From Clostridiales bacterium (GTDB taxonomy: Bacteria; Bacillota; Clostridia; Acetivibrionales; RGIG10202): a stretch of DNA of 64,000 nucleotides. Position numbers and translations under genes: made by a program. Positions 51,910-60,474 of this stretch are shown in pieces (position 1 is the first letter of the stretch; every line of letters starts with the position of its first letter). The DNA is taken from positions 2,803-66,802 of the forward strand of contig JAGCXC010000019.1 of assembly GCA_017961515.1 (NCBI GenBank). The letters are read 5' to 3'. Below the pieces are notes generated by a model. That model made no database searches and was not told where the DNA came from. It saw only the letters and a list, made by a program, of their open reading frames with translations.

Positions 51910-52818
51910 TTAATCCCCCATCATGTCAAACTTTGGTGCCTCCAATGATATTTTCCCTATTTTCCCTCCTCTTAGCTCGTCCAATATTATAGATGCTATT
52001 CTTGTATAATCCACAACACCACCAGACATTATTGCACCTCTCTTTTTTGCAATAATCTCTAATAATTCATATCCTTTTGAATTTTCTACATCATCTAGTT
52101 TATATCTAGCTTTTAGCAAATCAGGATACGTAACCAACAACCTCTCTAGTAAAATAGCTGCCACATCTACTGTATCATACACCTCATCTTTTATTGCTCC
52201 AGTAAATGCTAGCTTTAGCCCTACTTCCTTATCCTCGAACTTAGGCCACAATATACCAGGTGTATCCAACAACTCTATCTTTTCGTTTAACCTAATCCAC
52301 TGTTTTGCACGAGTAACACCTGGTCTATCTCCAGTTTTTGCTACCTTCTTCCCTGCTATTTTGTTTATAAATGCAGACTTCCCTACATTTGGAACACCCA
52401 CAACCATACTTCTAACAGGTTTTGCTATTATTCCCTTAGCTCTATCTCTTGCAACCTTTTCTTTCATCATATCATCAATAACTTTATTTAACTCGCGTAT
52501 ACCTGTTCCCTTTAATGCATCAACAAATATAACTTTTTGACCTTTTTCCCGAAAATAGCTTCTCCATTTTTTTGATACAGTCATATCAGCCAAGTCAGAT
52601 TTGTTTAACACAATCACCTTAGGCTTATTTTTAATCAATCCATCTATATCCGGATTCTTGCTACTTTGAGGTATCCTGGCATCTAATATCTCTATTACCA
52701 CATCAACTAAGCGAATACTCTCAGACAAAATTCTCTTAGTCTTTGCCATGTGACCAGGAAACCAATTTATACTATTGCGGTTAATCCCACTTAATTTTTC
52801 TTTTTCTTCATTAATCAT
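51910..52818 (-). CDS. rbgA: Ribosome biogenesis GTPase A (YlqF/RbgA, circularly permuted GTPase)
   Basis: INWFPGHMAKT start, permuted order NKSDL (G4) before GVPNVGKS (G1) and DTPGILWPK (G3), and the conserved position upstream of rnhB. Confidence 0.92.
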   Translation of the reverse strand: MINEEKEKLSGINRNSINWFPGHMAKTKRILSESIRLVDVVIEILDARIPQSSKNPDIDGLIKNKPKVIVLNKSDLADMTVSKKWRSYFREKGQKVIFVDALKGTGIRELNKVIDDMMKEKVARDRAKGIIAKPVRSMVVGVPNVGKSAFINKIAGKKVAKTGDRPGVTRAKQWIRLNEKIELLDTPGILWPKFEDKEVGLKLAFTGAIKDEVYDTVDVAAILLERLLVTYPDLLKARYKLDDVENSKGYELLEIIAKKRGAIMSGGVVDYTRIASIILDELRGGKIGKISLEAPKFDMMGD

Positions 52819-52856
52819 TGCATCACTTCCTTAATTCCTCCAATCGTCTTGTAGAT

Positions 52857-52885
52857 ATTATACACTTTGAACTTAAATTATTCAA
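52857..52885 (-). promoter_or_regulatory. Promoter for rbgA-rnhB-fbp (TTGAAT-17-TATAAT)
   Basis: The reverse complement of 52880-52885 is TTGAAT and of 52857-52862 is TATAAT, with a 17-nt spacer. Confidence 0.6.
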
Positions 52886-52900
52886 TGCCAAAATATTCCA

Positions 52901-52935
52901 AGAGTGTTTACGTCCTAAGTTTACGCAAACACTCT
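52901..52935 (-). terminator. Terminator hairpin after clpC
   Basis: AGAGTGTTTGCG / CGTAAACACTCT on the minus strand: 9 bp plus 2 bp around one mismatch, with an 11-nt loop. It is followed by TTGGAATATTTTGG. Confidence 0.6.
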
Positions 52936-52947
52936 CCACTCGTATAT

Positions 52948-55380
52948 TTATTTATCTACACGCAATATTATCTCATCATCTTTTACATCTATTATTACAT
53001 TATCTTTTTCTTTTATCTTTTGATCTAGCATTTCTTCCGCTAGTTTATCCTCCACTAGCGTTTGTATCACTCGACGCAATGGTCTTGCACCATAGCGTGG
53101 CTCATATCCCTTCTTCGCTAAAAGAGCCTTTGCTTCATCTGTTATCTTTATATTTATACCTGTTTGCGCCATTCTCTTAGCCAACACATCTATCATTAAT
53201 GTAACTATTTCCTTTATATGCTCCTCCTCTAATGGATGGAATACAATTATTTCATCTAATCTGTTTAAAAATTCTGGCTTAAATGTATTTTTAAGCTCTC
53301 CTAGTACATTATCTTTCATCTGCTTATAGTTTTTAGCTTTTGCATCGCCCTCAGTGGAAAAACCTAATTTCTTTGGCTCCACTATATTTCTTGCTCCAAC
53401 ATTGGATGTCATTATTATAATTGTGTTTCTACAATCTACCGTCCTTCCCTGTGAATCAGTTAATCTTCCATCCTCCAATATCTGAAGCAATATATTAAAC
53501 AAATCTGGATGTGCCTTTTCTACTTCATCAAACAACACAATAGAGTACGGCTTTCTTCTAATTTTCTCTGTCAATTGTCCGCCATCCTCAAATCCTACAT
53601 ATCCTGGAGGTGATCCAACCAATTTAGATACACTATGCTTTTCCATATATTCAGACATATCTACACGGATTATACTATTTTCATCGCCAAACATCGCTTC
53701 TGCTAACGCTTTGCAAAGTTCTGTCTTACCCACACCGGTCGGTCCTAGGAATATAAATGATCCTACTGGTCTCTTTGGATCCTTAAGCCCCACTCTTCCT
53801 CTTCTTATCGCTTTTGCTATTGCCTTTACTGCCTCTTCTTGTCCTATCACTCTTTTATGCAATACCTGCTCAAGATTTTTTAGTCTCTCGCTCTCTTCTT
53901 CTTCCAGCTTGTTCACAGGTATCCCTGTCCACGAAGATACAACCTCAGCAATTTCATTTTCTGTTACCTCATCTGTATTATTGTGGCTATTCTCCTTCCA
54001 CTCGTCTTTCATCTTTCCTAATTTTTCATTTAGTTCTTTTAATTTATCCCTTATCTTTGCCGCCTGTTCAAATTCTTGCGACAATACAGCGTCATCTCTT
54101 TCCTTATTTAGCGTCTCTATTTGCTCTTCTATCTTCTTTAACTCTGGTGGTGCTGTAAATGCAACCATCCTTACCTTAGATGCTGCCTCATCCACCAAAT
54201 CTATAGCTTTATCTGGCAAGAACCTCTCTGTTATATATCTATCAGACATTTTTACTGCTGCCTCTATCGCTTTATCTGTTATCTTCACTTTATGATGCGC
54301 TTCATACTTATCACGCAACTCTTTTAATATTACTATGGACTCCTCTTGTGTTGGCTCACCTACAATTATAGGTTGAAATCGTCTCTCTAACGCCGAATCC
54401 TTCTCTATTTGCTTCCTGTATTCATTTATTGTGGTCGCACCAATTATTTGTATTTCTCCTCTTGCCAAAGATGGCTTTAGTATGTTCGATGCATCTATTG
54501 CGCCTTCTGCTGCACCTGCACCAACGATAGTGTGAATTTCGTCTATAAATAATATCACATTACCAACATTCTTTATCTCAGCAATTGCTTTCTTTAACCT
54601 ATCCTCGAACTCACCCCTATATTTTGCTCCTGCTACCATAGACGATAGGTCTAGTGTTACCACTCTTTTGTCTTTTAGTGTCTCTGGAATATTTCCACTA
54701 ATTATCTGCTGCGCCAATCCTTCAGCTATAGCAGTTTTACCCACACCTGGCTCTCCTATAAGACATGGATTATTTTTAGTCCTTCTACTTAATATTTGCA
54801 CCACTCGCTCTATTTCTTTTTCTCTTCCAACTACAGGGTCGAACTTGCCTTCACTAGCCATCTCAGTTAAATCTCTTCCAAATTGATTTAATGTTGGCGT
54901 TTGTGAACTATCTGCACCCTTTCTACCACTTGATGCTCCCATACTTTCACCATTTAACACTCTCATTATCTCTGTAAATAGTTTCTGTGGATCAATATTT
55001 AGCGTAACCAATATTCTTAACGCAAAATTCTCCCCCTCTTGCAATATCCCAAGTAACAAATGCTCTGTACCTATCGCGTTTTTTCCCATTTTCCTTGCTT
55101 CTTTAAAACTTAACTCAAGTATATTTTTTGTCCTTGGTGTAAAACCTAGCGGCTGATTTAATACATTATCACCCTGTCCTATTATTTCCTCTATCCTCTC
55201 TAACACAGCTTCTTCTGTTACGCCCTGATTTTTTAACACCATAGCTGCAACTCCTGTGCCTTCTTTTATTAATCCCAACAACAAATGCTCTGTACCAACG
55301 TATGGATGTCCAAATATTATAGCACTCTCTTGCGCATATGCCAACGCTCTTTCCGCTTTTTCTGTATATCTTCCAAACAT
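52948..55380 (-). CDS. clpC: ATP-dependent Clp protease ATP-binding subunit ClpC
   Basis: 810 aa. Double Clp-N repeat, two AAA+ modules (GEPGVGKT and GPTGVGKT), and a UVR-like linker ([14 protein letters not shown]). Confidence 0.95.
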   Translation of the reverse strand: MFGRYTEKAERALAYAQESAIIFGHPYVGTEHLLLGLIKEGTGVAAMVLKNQGVTEEAVLERIEEIIGQGDNVLNQPLGFTPRTKNILELSFKEARKMGKNAIGTEHLLLGILQEGENFALRILVTLNIDPQKLFTEIMRVLNGESMGASSGRKGADSSQTPTLNQFGRDLTEMASEGKFDPVVGREKEIERVVQILSRRTKNNPCLIGEPGVGKTAIAEGLAQQIISGNIPETLKDKRVVTLDLSSMVAGAKYRGEFEDRLKKAIAEIKNVGNVILFIDEIHTIVGAGAAEGAIDASNILKPSLARGEIQIIGATTINEYRKQIEKDSALERRFQPIIVGEPTQEESIVILKELRDKYEAHHKVKITDKAIEAAVKMSDRYITERFLPDKAIDLVDEAASKVRMVAFTAPPELKKIEEQIETLNKERDDAVLSQEFEQAAKIRDKLKELNEKLGKMKDEWKENSHNNTDEVTENEIAEVVSSWTGIPVNKLEEEESERLKNLEQVLHKRVIGQEEAVKAIAKAIRRGRVGLKDPKRPVGSFIFLGPTGVGKTELCKALAEAMFGDENSIIRVDMSEYMEKHSVSKLVGSPPGYVGFEDGGQLTEKIRRKPYSIVLFDEVEKAHPDLFNILLQILEDGRLTDSQGRTVDCRNTIIIMTSNVGARNIVEPKKLGFSTEGDAKAKNYKQMKDNVLGELKNTFKPEFLNRLDEIIVFHPLEEEHIKEIVTLMIDVLAKRMAQTGINIKITDEAKALLAKKGYEPRYGARPLRRVIQTLVEDKLAEEMLDQKIKEKDNVIIDVKDDEIILRVDK

Positions 55381-55399
55381 TTAAATCACTCCTTTACTC

Positions 55400-56425
55400 C
55401 TATTTATTTATCTTCTGTCGTATATAATTTGCTCTCATCTCGTCTCTTTTATTATACTCGAGCTCCTTGCCTAATACTTTTTGCAAATTCGCCGGCTTTA
55501 TATTAAGTGCAATCTCATTTAAAAGTCTTTTATCAATATTATTTATAAGACCCAAATCTATACCAAGCCTTATATCCGACACAATCTTTAATCCTTCTTC
55601 AGTAGATATCTTCCTTGCATTAGTAAATATTCCGTATGCTCTATATATTCTGTCCTCCAACTCAACAGACTTACTCGCATATAGCTCCTTTCGCAAATTT
55701 CTTTCGTACGAAATCACCTGCTTTGCAACACTTATTGTGTTCCCAACTATCTCATCCACTGTGACTCCAAGCGTTACCTGATTCGATATTTGAAATATAT
55801 TACCAATATTTGATGTGTTCTCTCCATATATTCCCCTTACCGTAAAATCCACTTTCGAACATCCGGCTATTATCTTATCTATGTATTCTGTCATCACTAA
55901 CGCAGGCAAGTGCATCATCACAGACACCCGAATCCCTGTACCCAAATTGGTTGGGCATGATGTAAGGTATCCATACCTTGGACTAAACGCAAATTCTAAT
56001 TTACTTTCCAAATATTCTTCTATCCTATTTAAGTTACTAAGACAATTTTCTATTCTAAACCCCGCATCCATAGATTGAATACGAAAATGATCTTCCTCAT
56101 TCACCATTATACTAATCTTTTCATCATCACCTAAGAACACTCCATTTTGCACTTTGCTATCTAACATATTAGGACTTATCAAATGTTTCTCCACCAAAGC
56201 CTCTTTATCAATAGTAGAAATATTAGTTACATTGCAAAAATCAAAGTTAGTGCCCTCAACTTCTTTACCAAGAGTTCTATATGCTAAATTGATAACTTGT
56301 TCACTCTGTTCTTTCCCCATTTTAACTGGAAACGGATACTCTTTTAAATTCCTCGCACTCCTAATTCTAGTACTAATAACAACATCTGATTCTGGGCCAT
56401 CCTCTATATACCATTTGCTCAACAT
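55400..56425 (-). CDS. mcsB: Protein arginine kinase McsB
   Basis: Phosphagen-kinase-like blocks: VISTRIRSARNL, EEDHFRIQ, CPTNLGTGIR. The start is uncertain among ATG/ATG/TTG at 56428-56420, just behind GAAGGAGGGG; the track ORF starts at GTG 56440. Confidence 0.9.
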   Translation of the reverse strand: MLSKWYIEDGPESDVVISTRIRSARNLKEYPFPVKMGKEQSEQVINLAYRTLGKEVEGTNFDFCNVTNISTIDKEALVEKHLISPNMLDSKVQNGVFLGDDEKISIMVNEEDHFRIQSMDAGFRIENCLSNLNRIEEYLESKLEFAFSPRYGYLTSCPTNLGTGIRVSVMMHLPALVMTEYIDKIIAGCSKVDFTVRGIYGENTSNIGNIFQISNQVTLGVTVDEIVGNTISVAKQVISYERNLRKELYASKSVELEDRIYRAYGIFTNARKISTEEGLKIVSDIRLGIDLGLINNIDKRLLNEIALNIKPANLQKVLGKELEYNKRDEMRANYIRQKINK

Positions 56426-56444
56426 CATCCCCTCCTTCACTAAC

Positions 56445-56924
56445 TTAATTTTTATTCTCTATTTCCTTAATCATATCTCTTATTTTGGCTGCTTCTTCAT
56501 ACTCTTCAGCTTTAACCCTAGCAGCCAATTCTTCTTTTAATTCCTTCAGTCTGTTCTCTTTTTGTGTACTATTTAGTTTATCTTTTGGTAGTGCTCCTTT
56601 ATATTGAACATTGCCATGTAATTGTTTTAGCACCGGCTCTAACTTACTTGCAAACACCTCATAACATTTTTCACATCCAACTTTGCCTATTTTCTTAAAT
56701 TCATTATACGTTAAATTGCATTTAGGACACCTAAGCTCTTCTTTATTTTGCTGCAATCCCATAAGCCCAGCTAATATCTCATCTATACCAATCGCTTGGC
56801 CCGTTTTCACACCCAGGCCTAAATTAGCACAACTTGAGCAAAAATAAAGATCCCTAGTAATGCCATTTACTGTCTCTCTATAGTGCACTGTTGCAACTTT
56901 TTTATGACATCTCTGACAAAGCAT
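56445..56924 (-). CDS. mcsA: McsA (zinc-finger and UVR-motif activator of McsB)
   Basis: 159 aa. CQRC..C..C and CPKC..CEKC zinc-finger pairs, and a C-terminal UVR motif EEYEEAAKIRDMIKEI. Confidence 0.9.
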   Translation of the reverse strand: MLCQRCHKKVATVHYRETVNGITRDLYFCSSCANLGLGVKTGQAIGIDEILAGLMGLQQNKEELRCPKCNLTYNEFKKIGKVGCEKCYEVFASKLEPVLKQLHGNVQYKGALPKDKLNSTQKENRLKELKEELAARVKAEEYEEAAKIRDMIKEIENKN

Positions 56925-56995
56925 TCTATCACACCCCTACAATTTAAAATAACTTTTCTCATCATCTATTATAATACAAAATTTATAAAAATAAA

Positions 56996-57040
56996 AATTT
57001 TTTTCAAAAAAAGAGCTGTACCAAATTGTACAACTCTTCC
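56996..57040 (-). terminator. Rho-independent terminator after the ankyrin gene pair
   Basis: The minus strand reads AAGAGTTGTAC-aatttg-GTACAGCTCTT: an 11-bp stem with one G-U pair, followed by TTTTTGAAAAAAATTT. It insulates the ankyrin genes from mcsA. Confidence 0.8.
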
Positions 57041-57069
57041 CTTATTTCTTCGTCAATAGTAAACTTTAT

Positions 57070-58950
57070 TTATCCTGTTGCTCCATTATCCTTCAACAAC
57101 TTTATCATAGCTTCGTCTCTATTATTAGTAGCTACTCTTAATTGTTCACTATTAACGCATGATCCTTTACTTATTAAATATTTTGCCATATTGATATCAC
57201 GTTTTTCCACTGCTGTTAACAAGAATGAACTGTCTCTAACAGAGCGACATCTCGAAATGAAATAATCAACTATTTCTATTTTACCTGTTTTTACCGCCTC
57301 ATTCATACAACGATCATTAATCTTAGCTCCAGATGTTACCAAGCACTTCACAATATCAAGATTCTTTAGCCGTATTGCCTTTATTATAGACGGCGGATCA
57401 TCAAAACTTCCCCCACAATTTGCATTTACTCCCTGTCTAACTATACACTTAACCATAGATGACTCACCTGTTTCTATTGCCACATCCAAACAGTTCTTAT
57501 CAACTTTCGCTCCCTTGGAAATCAAATACTCTACTATCGCTACATTCCCCTTGCGTATTCCCCTGATTATTGGAGCTTCACTAAACCAACTACTCCGATT
57601 TAAATTTACTCCACAATCAACTACACACTGAACTACCTGTAAGTTTCCTGCATCTATTGCTTCGTTTAAATAACGAATATCTATCTTTAAGCCCTCTTCC
57701 GATCCTTTTTTAATTAAATAAGCTACCACTGACGCATTTCCCTTATGAATTCCCCTAATTACAGGATCTTCTCCAAAACGACTTTGCCAATTTATGTCTA
57801 CCCCTTTCTCCATTAAACACTTAACTACAGGTAAACTTCCCACATCTATTGCCTCATTTAAATATTTAATATCAACTTTAGCTCCATTTTTAACTTTCTG
57901 ATCAATTAAGTAAGCAACTATAAGCTCATTTCCTTGGTGTATTGCTCTAATAGTAGGCTCTGCTTCCCAGAAACTACTTTGGTCGATATCAACACCTTTT
58001 TGAACTAGGCATTCAACAATTGGTAAACTCCTTACATCAATCGCTCTATTTAAGCAATCTGTATCAATATTAGCTCCATGTTCAACTAAGTAAGTAACTA
58101 TCGCCACGTCTTTTTTATATATTGCTCTAACAACAGTCTCCTTTTTCAACAAACCATTTTCACCAGCACCTTTTTGAACTAAACATTTAACAATTGGTAA
58201 ACTCTCTACGTCAATCGCTTTATCTAAGCAATCTGTATCAATATTAGCTCCATGTTCAATCAAATATTGCACTATCTTAAGATCCTTTTTTGTCACTGCC
58301 TCAATTACAAGATTCTTGCCAAAACTTTTGCTTCGCTTTATGTTTACCTTTTTCTCCTCAATATAATATTTCAAAATAGGTAAACTTTTTACTTTCACTG
58401 CCTCGTACACACAATCATTTTTAATCTTAGCACCCTCTTCAACCAAATATTTCACTATCGGCAAACTTTTTGTATGCGTTGCATGACGCAAAGGAAGAAA
58501 TTGTTCCTGTTTTTTGGGCTTTACGTCATTCTCAACCAAACATTTTACAATTGGTAAATTCTTTTTGCTTATTGCAATGTTCAAGTAATCCGGACCAATT
58601 TCTGCTCCCTTTTCAACCAAATATATAGCTATAGGAGCATCCCCTTGTTGTATTGCCTTTACAAGTGGTTTTTCACTAAACCATTTGTTTCTATTTACAT
58701 CCACTCCGTGTTCTACCAAACATTTTACTATAGGCAAATTTCTTACTTCTATCGCTTCGTACAAACAATCTGTATCAACCTTTGCTCCATGTTCAACCAA
58801 ATACTCTACTATCAAAACATTCCCTTGTCGTATTGCCTTTTTCAGGGGCTTTTCGCTAAACCAACCGCTCTTATTTACGTCTGCTCCATGTTCTACATAA
58901 TACTTTACTTGCTCTATATTCTGCATATCTATTGCATCTGTTAGGGCCAT
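57070..58950 (-). CDS. Ankyrin-repeat protein (about 19 repeats)
   Basis: 626 aa built almost entirely of 30-33-aa ANK-like units in two alternating flavours: ..KP[LVI].[KR]AI[RH]QGN..IV.YL[IV]..GAK[IV]D and CL.EAI[DE]V.[SN]LP[IV]VKCL[IV]E.GVD[IV]N. It has no signal peptide and no TM helix. RBS AAGAAAGGA, with a terminator at 57011-57038. Confidence 0.85.
   Translation of the reverse strand: MALTDAIDMQNIEQVKYYVEHGADVNKSGWFSEKPLKKAIRQGNVLIVEYLVEHGAKVDTDCLYEAIEVRNLPIVKCLVEHGVDVNRNKWFSEKPLVKAIQQGDAPIAIYLVEKGAEIGPDYLNIAISKKNLPIVKCLVENDVKPKKQEQFLPLRHATHTKSLPIVKYLVEEGAKIKNDCVYEAVKVKSLPILKYYIEEKKVNIKRSKSFGKNLVIEAVTKKDLKIVQYLIEHGANIDTDCLDKAIDVESLPIVKCLVQKGAGENGLLKKETVVRAIYKKDVAIVTYLVEHGANIDTDCLNRAIDVRSLPIVECLVQKGVDIDQSSFWEAEPTIRAIHQGNELIVAYLIDQKVKNGAKVDIKYLNEAIDVGSLPVVKCLMEKGVDINWQSRFGEDPVIRGIHKGNASVVAYLIKKGSEEGLKIDIRYLNEAIDAGNLQVVQCVVDCGVNLNRSSWFSEAPIIRGIRKGNVAIVEYLISKGAKVDKNCLDVAIETGESSMVKCIVRQGVNANCGGSFDDPPSIIKAIRLKNLDIVKCLVTSGAKINDRCMNEAVKTGKIEIVDYFISRCRSVRDSSFLLTAVEKRDINMAKYLISKGSCVNSEQLRVATNNRDEAMIKLLKDNGATG
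57425..57850 (-). repeat. Near-identical block shared by the two ankyrin genes (copy in the 626-aa gene)
   Basis: By eye, about 95% nucleotide identity to 59345-59770 (offset 1921 nt). The flanking parts of the genes are clearly more diverged. Confidence 0.8.
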
Positions 58951-58990
58951 ATCAATACGTCCTTTCTTATTGTATTTTTGATGCTAAACC

Positions 58991-60160
58991 CTATCTAGCC
59001 TCTGCTCCATTGTCTATCAAAAGCCTTCTCATAGCTTGATTTCCCTTATCTGTAGCTACTTTTAATTGTTCCCTGTTTACACGCGATCCTTTCCTTATCA
59101 AATATTCTGCCATATTGATATTATCTTCTTCAACTGCTGTTAACAAGAATGAACTTTTTTTAACATTGTATCCTTTTGAAATGAAATACTTAACTATCTC
59201 TATTCTTCCTGTTTTTACCGCCTCATTCATACAACGATCATTAATCTTAGCTCCATGTTTTACCAAGTACTTAACAACATTCAAATTTTGTGTATGTACA
59301 GCCTTTATTATAGACGGATCATCAAACCAACTGCGTTCATTCACATTTACTCCTTGTCTAACTATACACTTAACCATAGATAAATTACCTGTTTCTATTG
59401 CCACATCCAAACAGTTCTTATCAACTTTCGCTCCCTTGGAAATCAAATACTCTACTATTGCTACATTCCCCTTGCGTATTCCCCTGATTACTGGAGCTTT
59501 ACTAAACCAACCACTCTGATTTAAATTTACTCCACAATCAACTACAGACTTAACTACCTGTAAGTTTCCTGCATCTATTGCTTCGTTTAAATAACGAATA
59601 TCTATCTTTAAGCCCTCTTCTGATCCTTTTTTAATTAAATAGGCTACCATTGGCGCGTTCCCCTTATGAATTCCCCTAATTACAGGATCTTCTCCAAAAC
59701 GACTTTGCCAATTTATGTCTACCCCTTTCTCAATTAAACACTTAACTACAGGTAAACTTCCCACATCTATCGCTTCATCCAAATAATATCTATCTACTCT
59801 GTCTCCGTTTTTAGTTTTTTGCTCAACTAAGCAAGCAACTATAGGTGCATTTCCACTGCGTATTGCTCTAATAGTAGGCTCTTTTCCAAACCAACCTTTT
59901 TTATTGATATCAACACCATTCTCAACTAAAAATTTAACAATAGGTAAACTTCCCACTTCAATCGCTTCATTTAAGCAATCTGTATCAACCTTTGCCCCAT
60001 TTTCTACTAAATATTTTACTAGTACTACATTCCCTTGACGAATAGCCCTTATCACTGGTTTCTTGCTAAACCAACCACTTTGATTTACATCTGCTCCCTG
60101 TTCTATATATTGTTTTACTTGTTCTACATCTTGCATATCTACTGCATCTGCTAAGTACAT
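58991..60160 (-). CDS. Ankyrin-repeat protein (about 12 repeats), paralogue of the downstream gene
   Basis: The start is placed at ATG 60158-60160 (MYLADAVDMQDVEQVKQY), by homology to the paralogue N-terminus MALTDAIDMQNIEQVKYY and a GAAAGGTG RBS; the track ORF is 21 codons longer. The C-terminal ~260 aa are near-identical to the paralogue. Confidence 0.85.
   Translation of the reverse strand: MYLADAVDMQDVEQVKQYIEQGADVNQSGWFSKKPVIRAIRQGNVVLVKYLVENGAKVDTDCLNEAIEVGSLPIVKFLVENGVDINKKGWFGKEPTIRAIRSGNAPIVACLVEQKTKNGDRVDRYYLDEAIDVGSLPVVKCLIEKGVDINWQSRFGEDPVIRGIHKGNAPMVAYLIKKGSEEGLKIDIRYLNEAIDAGNLQVVKSVVDCGVNLNQSGWFSKAPVIRGIRKGNVAIVEYLISKGAKVDKNCLDVAIETGNLSMVKCIVRQGVNVNERSWFDDPSIIKAVHTQNLNVVKYLVKHGAKINDRCMNEAVKTGRIEIVKYFISKGYNVKKSSFLLTAVEEDNINMAEYLIRKGSRVNREQLKVATDKGNQAMRRLLIDNGAEAR
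59345..59770 (-). repeat. Near-identical block shared by the two ankyrin genes (copy in the 389-aa gene)
   Basis: See 57425-57850. Confidence 0.8.
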
Positions 60161-60366
60161 ACTACCACACCTTTCTTTTCTTATCCTAACGCCAACTTCT
60201 CTAGACCCCACACATACTATCACACTTTTTAAATTTATGCAACACTTTATTTTTTATTTTATACCCTTTATGATTCTCTCCATAATCTATTTGTTACGAC
60301 GATACTCACTTTTGTTACACTATATTTATGTTTATGTTACAAATACGTTTTTTGTGCTTTCTTCCA

Positions 60367-60395
60367 TTGACATATTCTTAAAAAATATGTAAATT
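60367..60395 (+). promoter_or_regulatory. Promoter for the aroA-like gene (TTGACA-17-TAAATT)
   Basis: TTGACA at 60367-60372, an exact 17-nt spacer, and TAAATT at 60390-60395. Confidence 0.55.
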
Positions 60396-60474
60396 AAAAT
60401 CATGATTTGTTGTTCCGAAAGAAAATATTAACGTACTTTATCTTGTTTATAAAAATAATAGGAGGAATAAAGTT

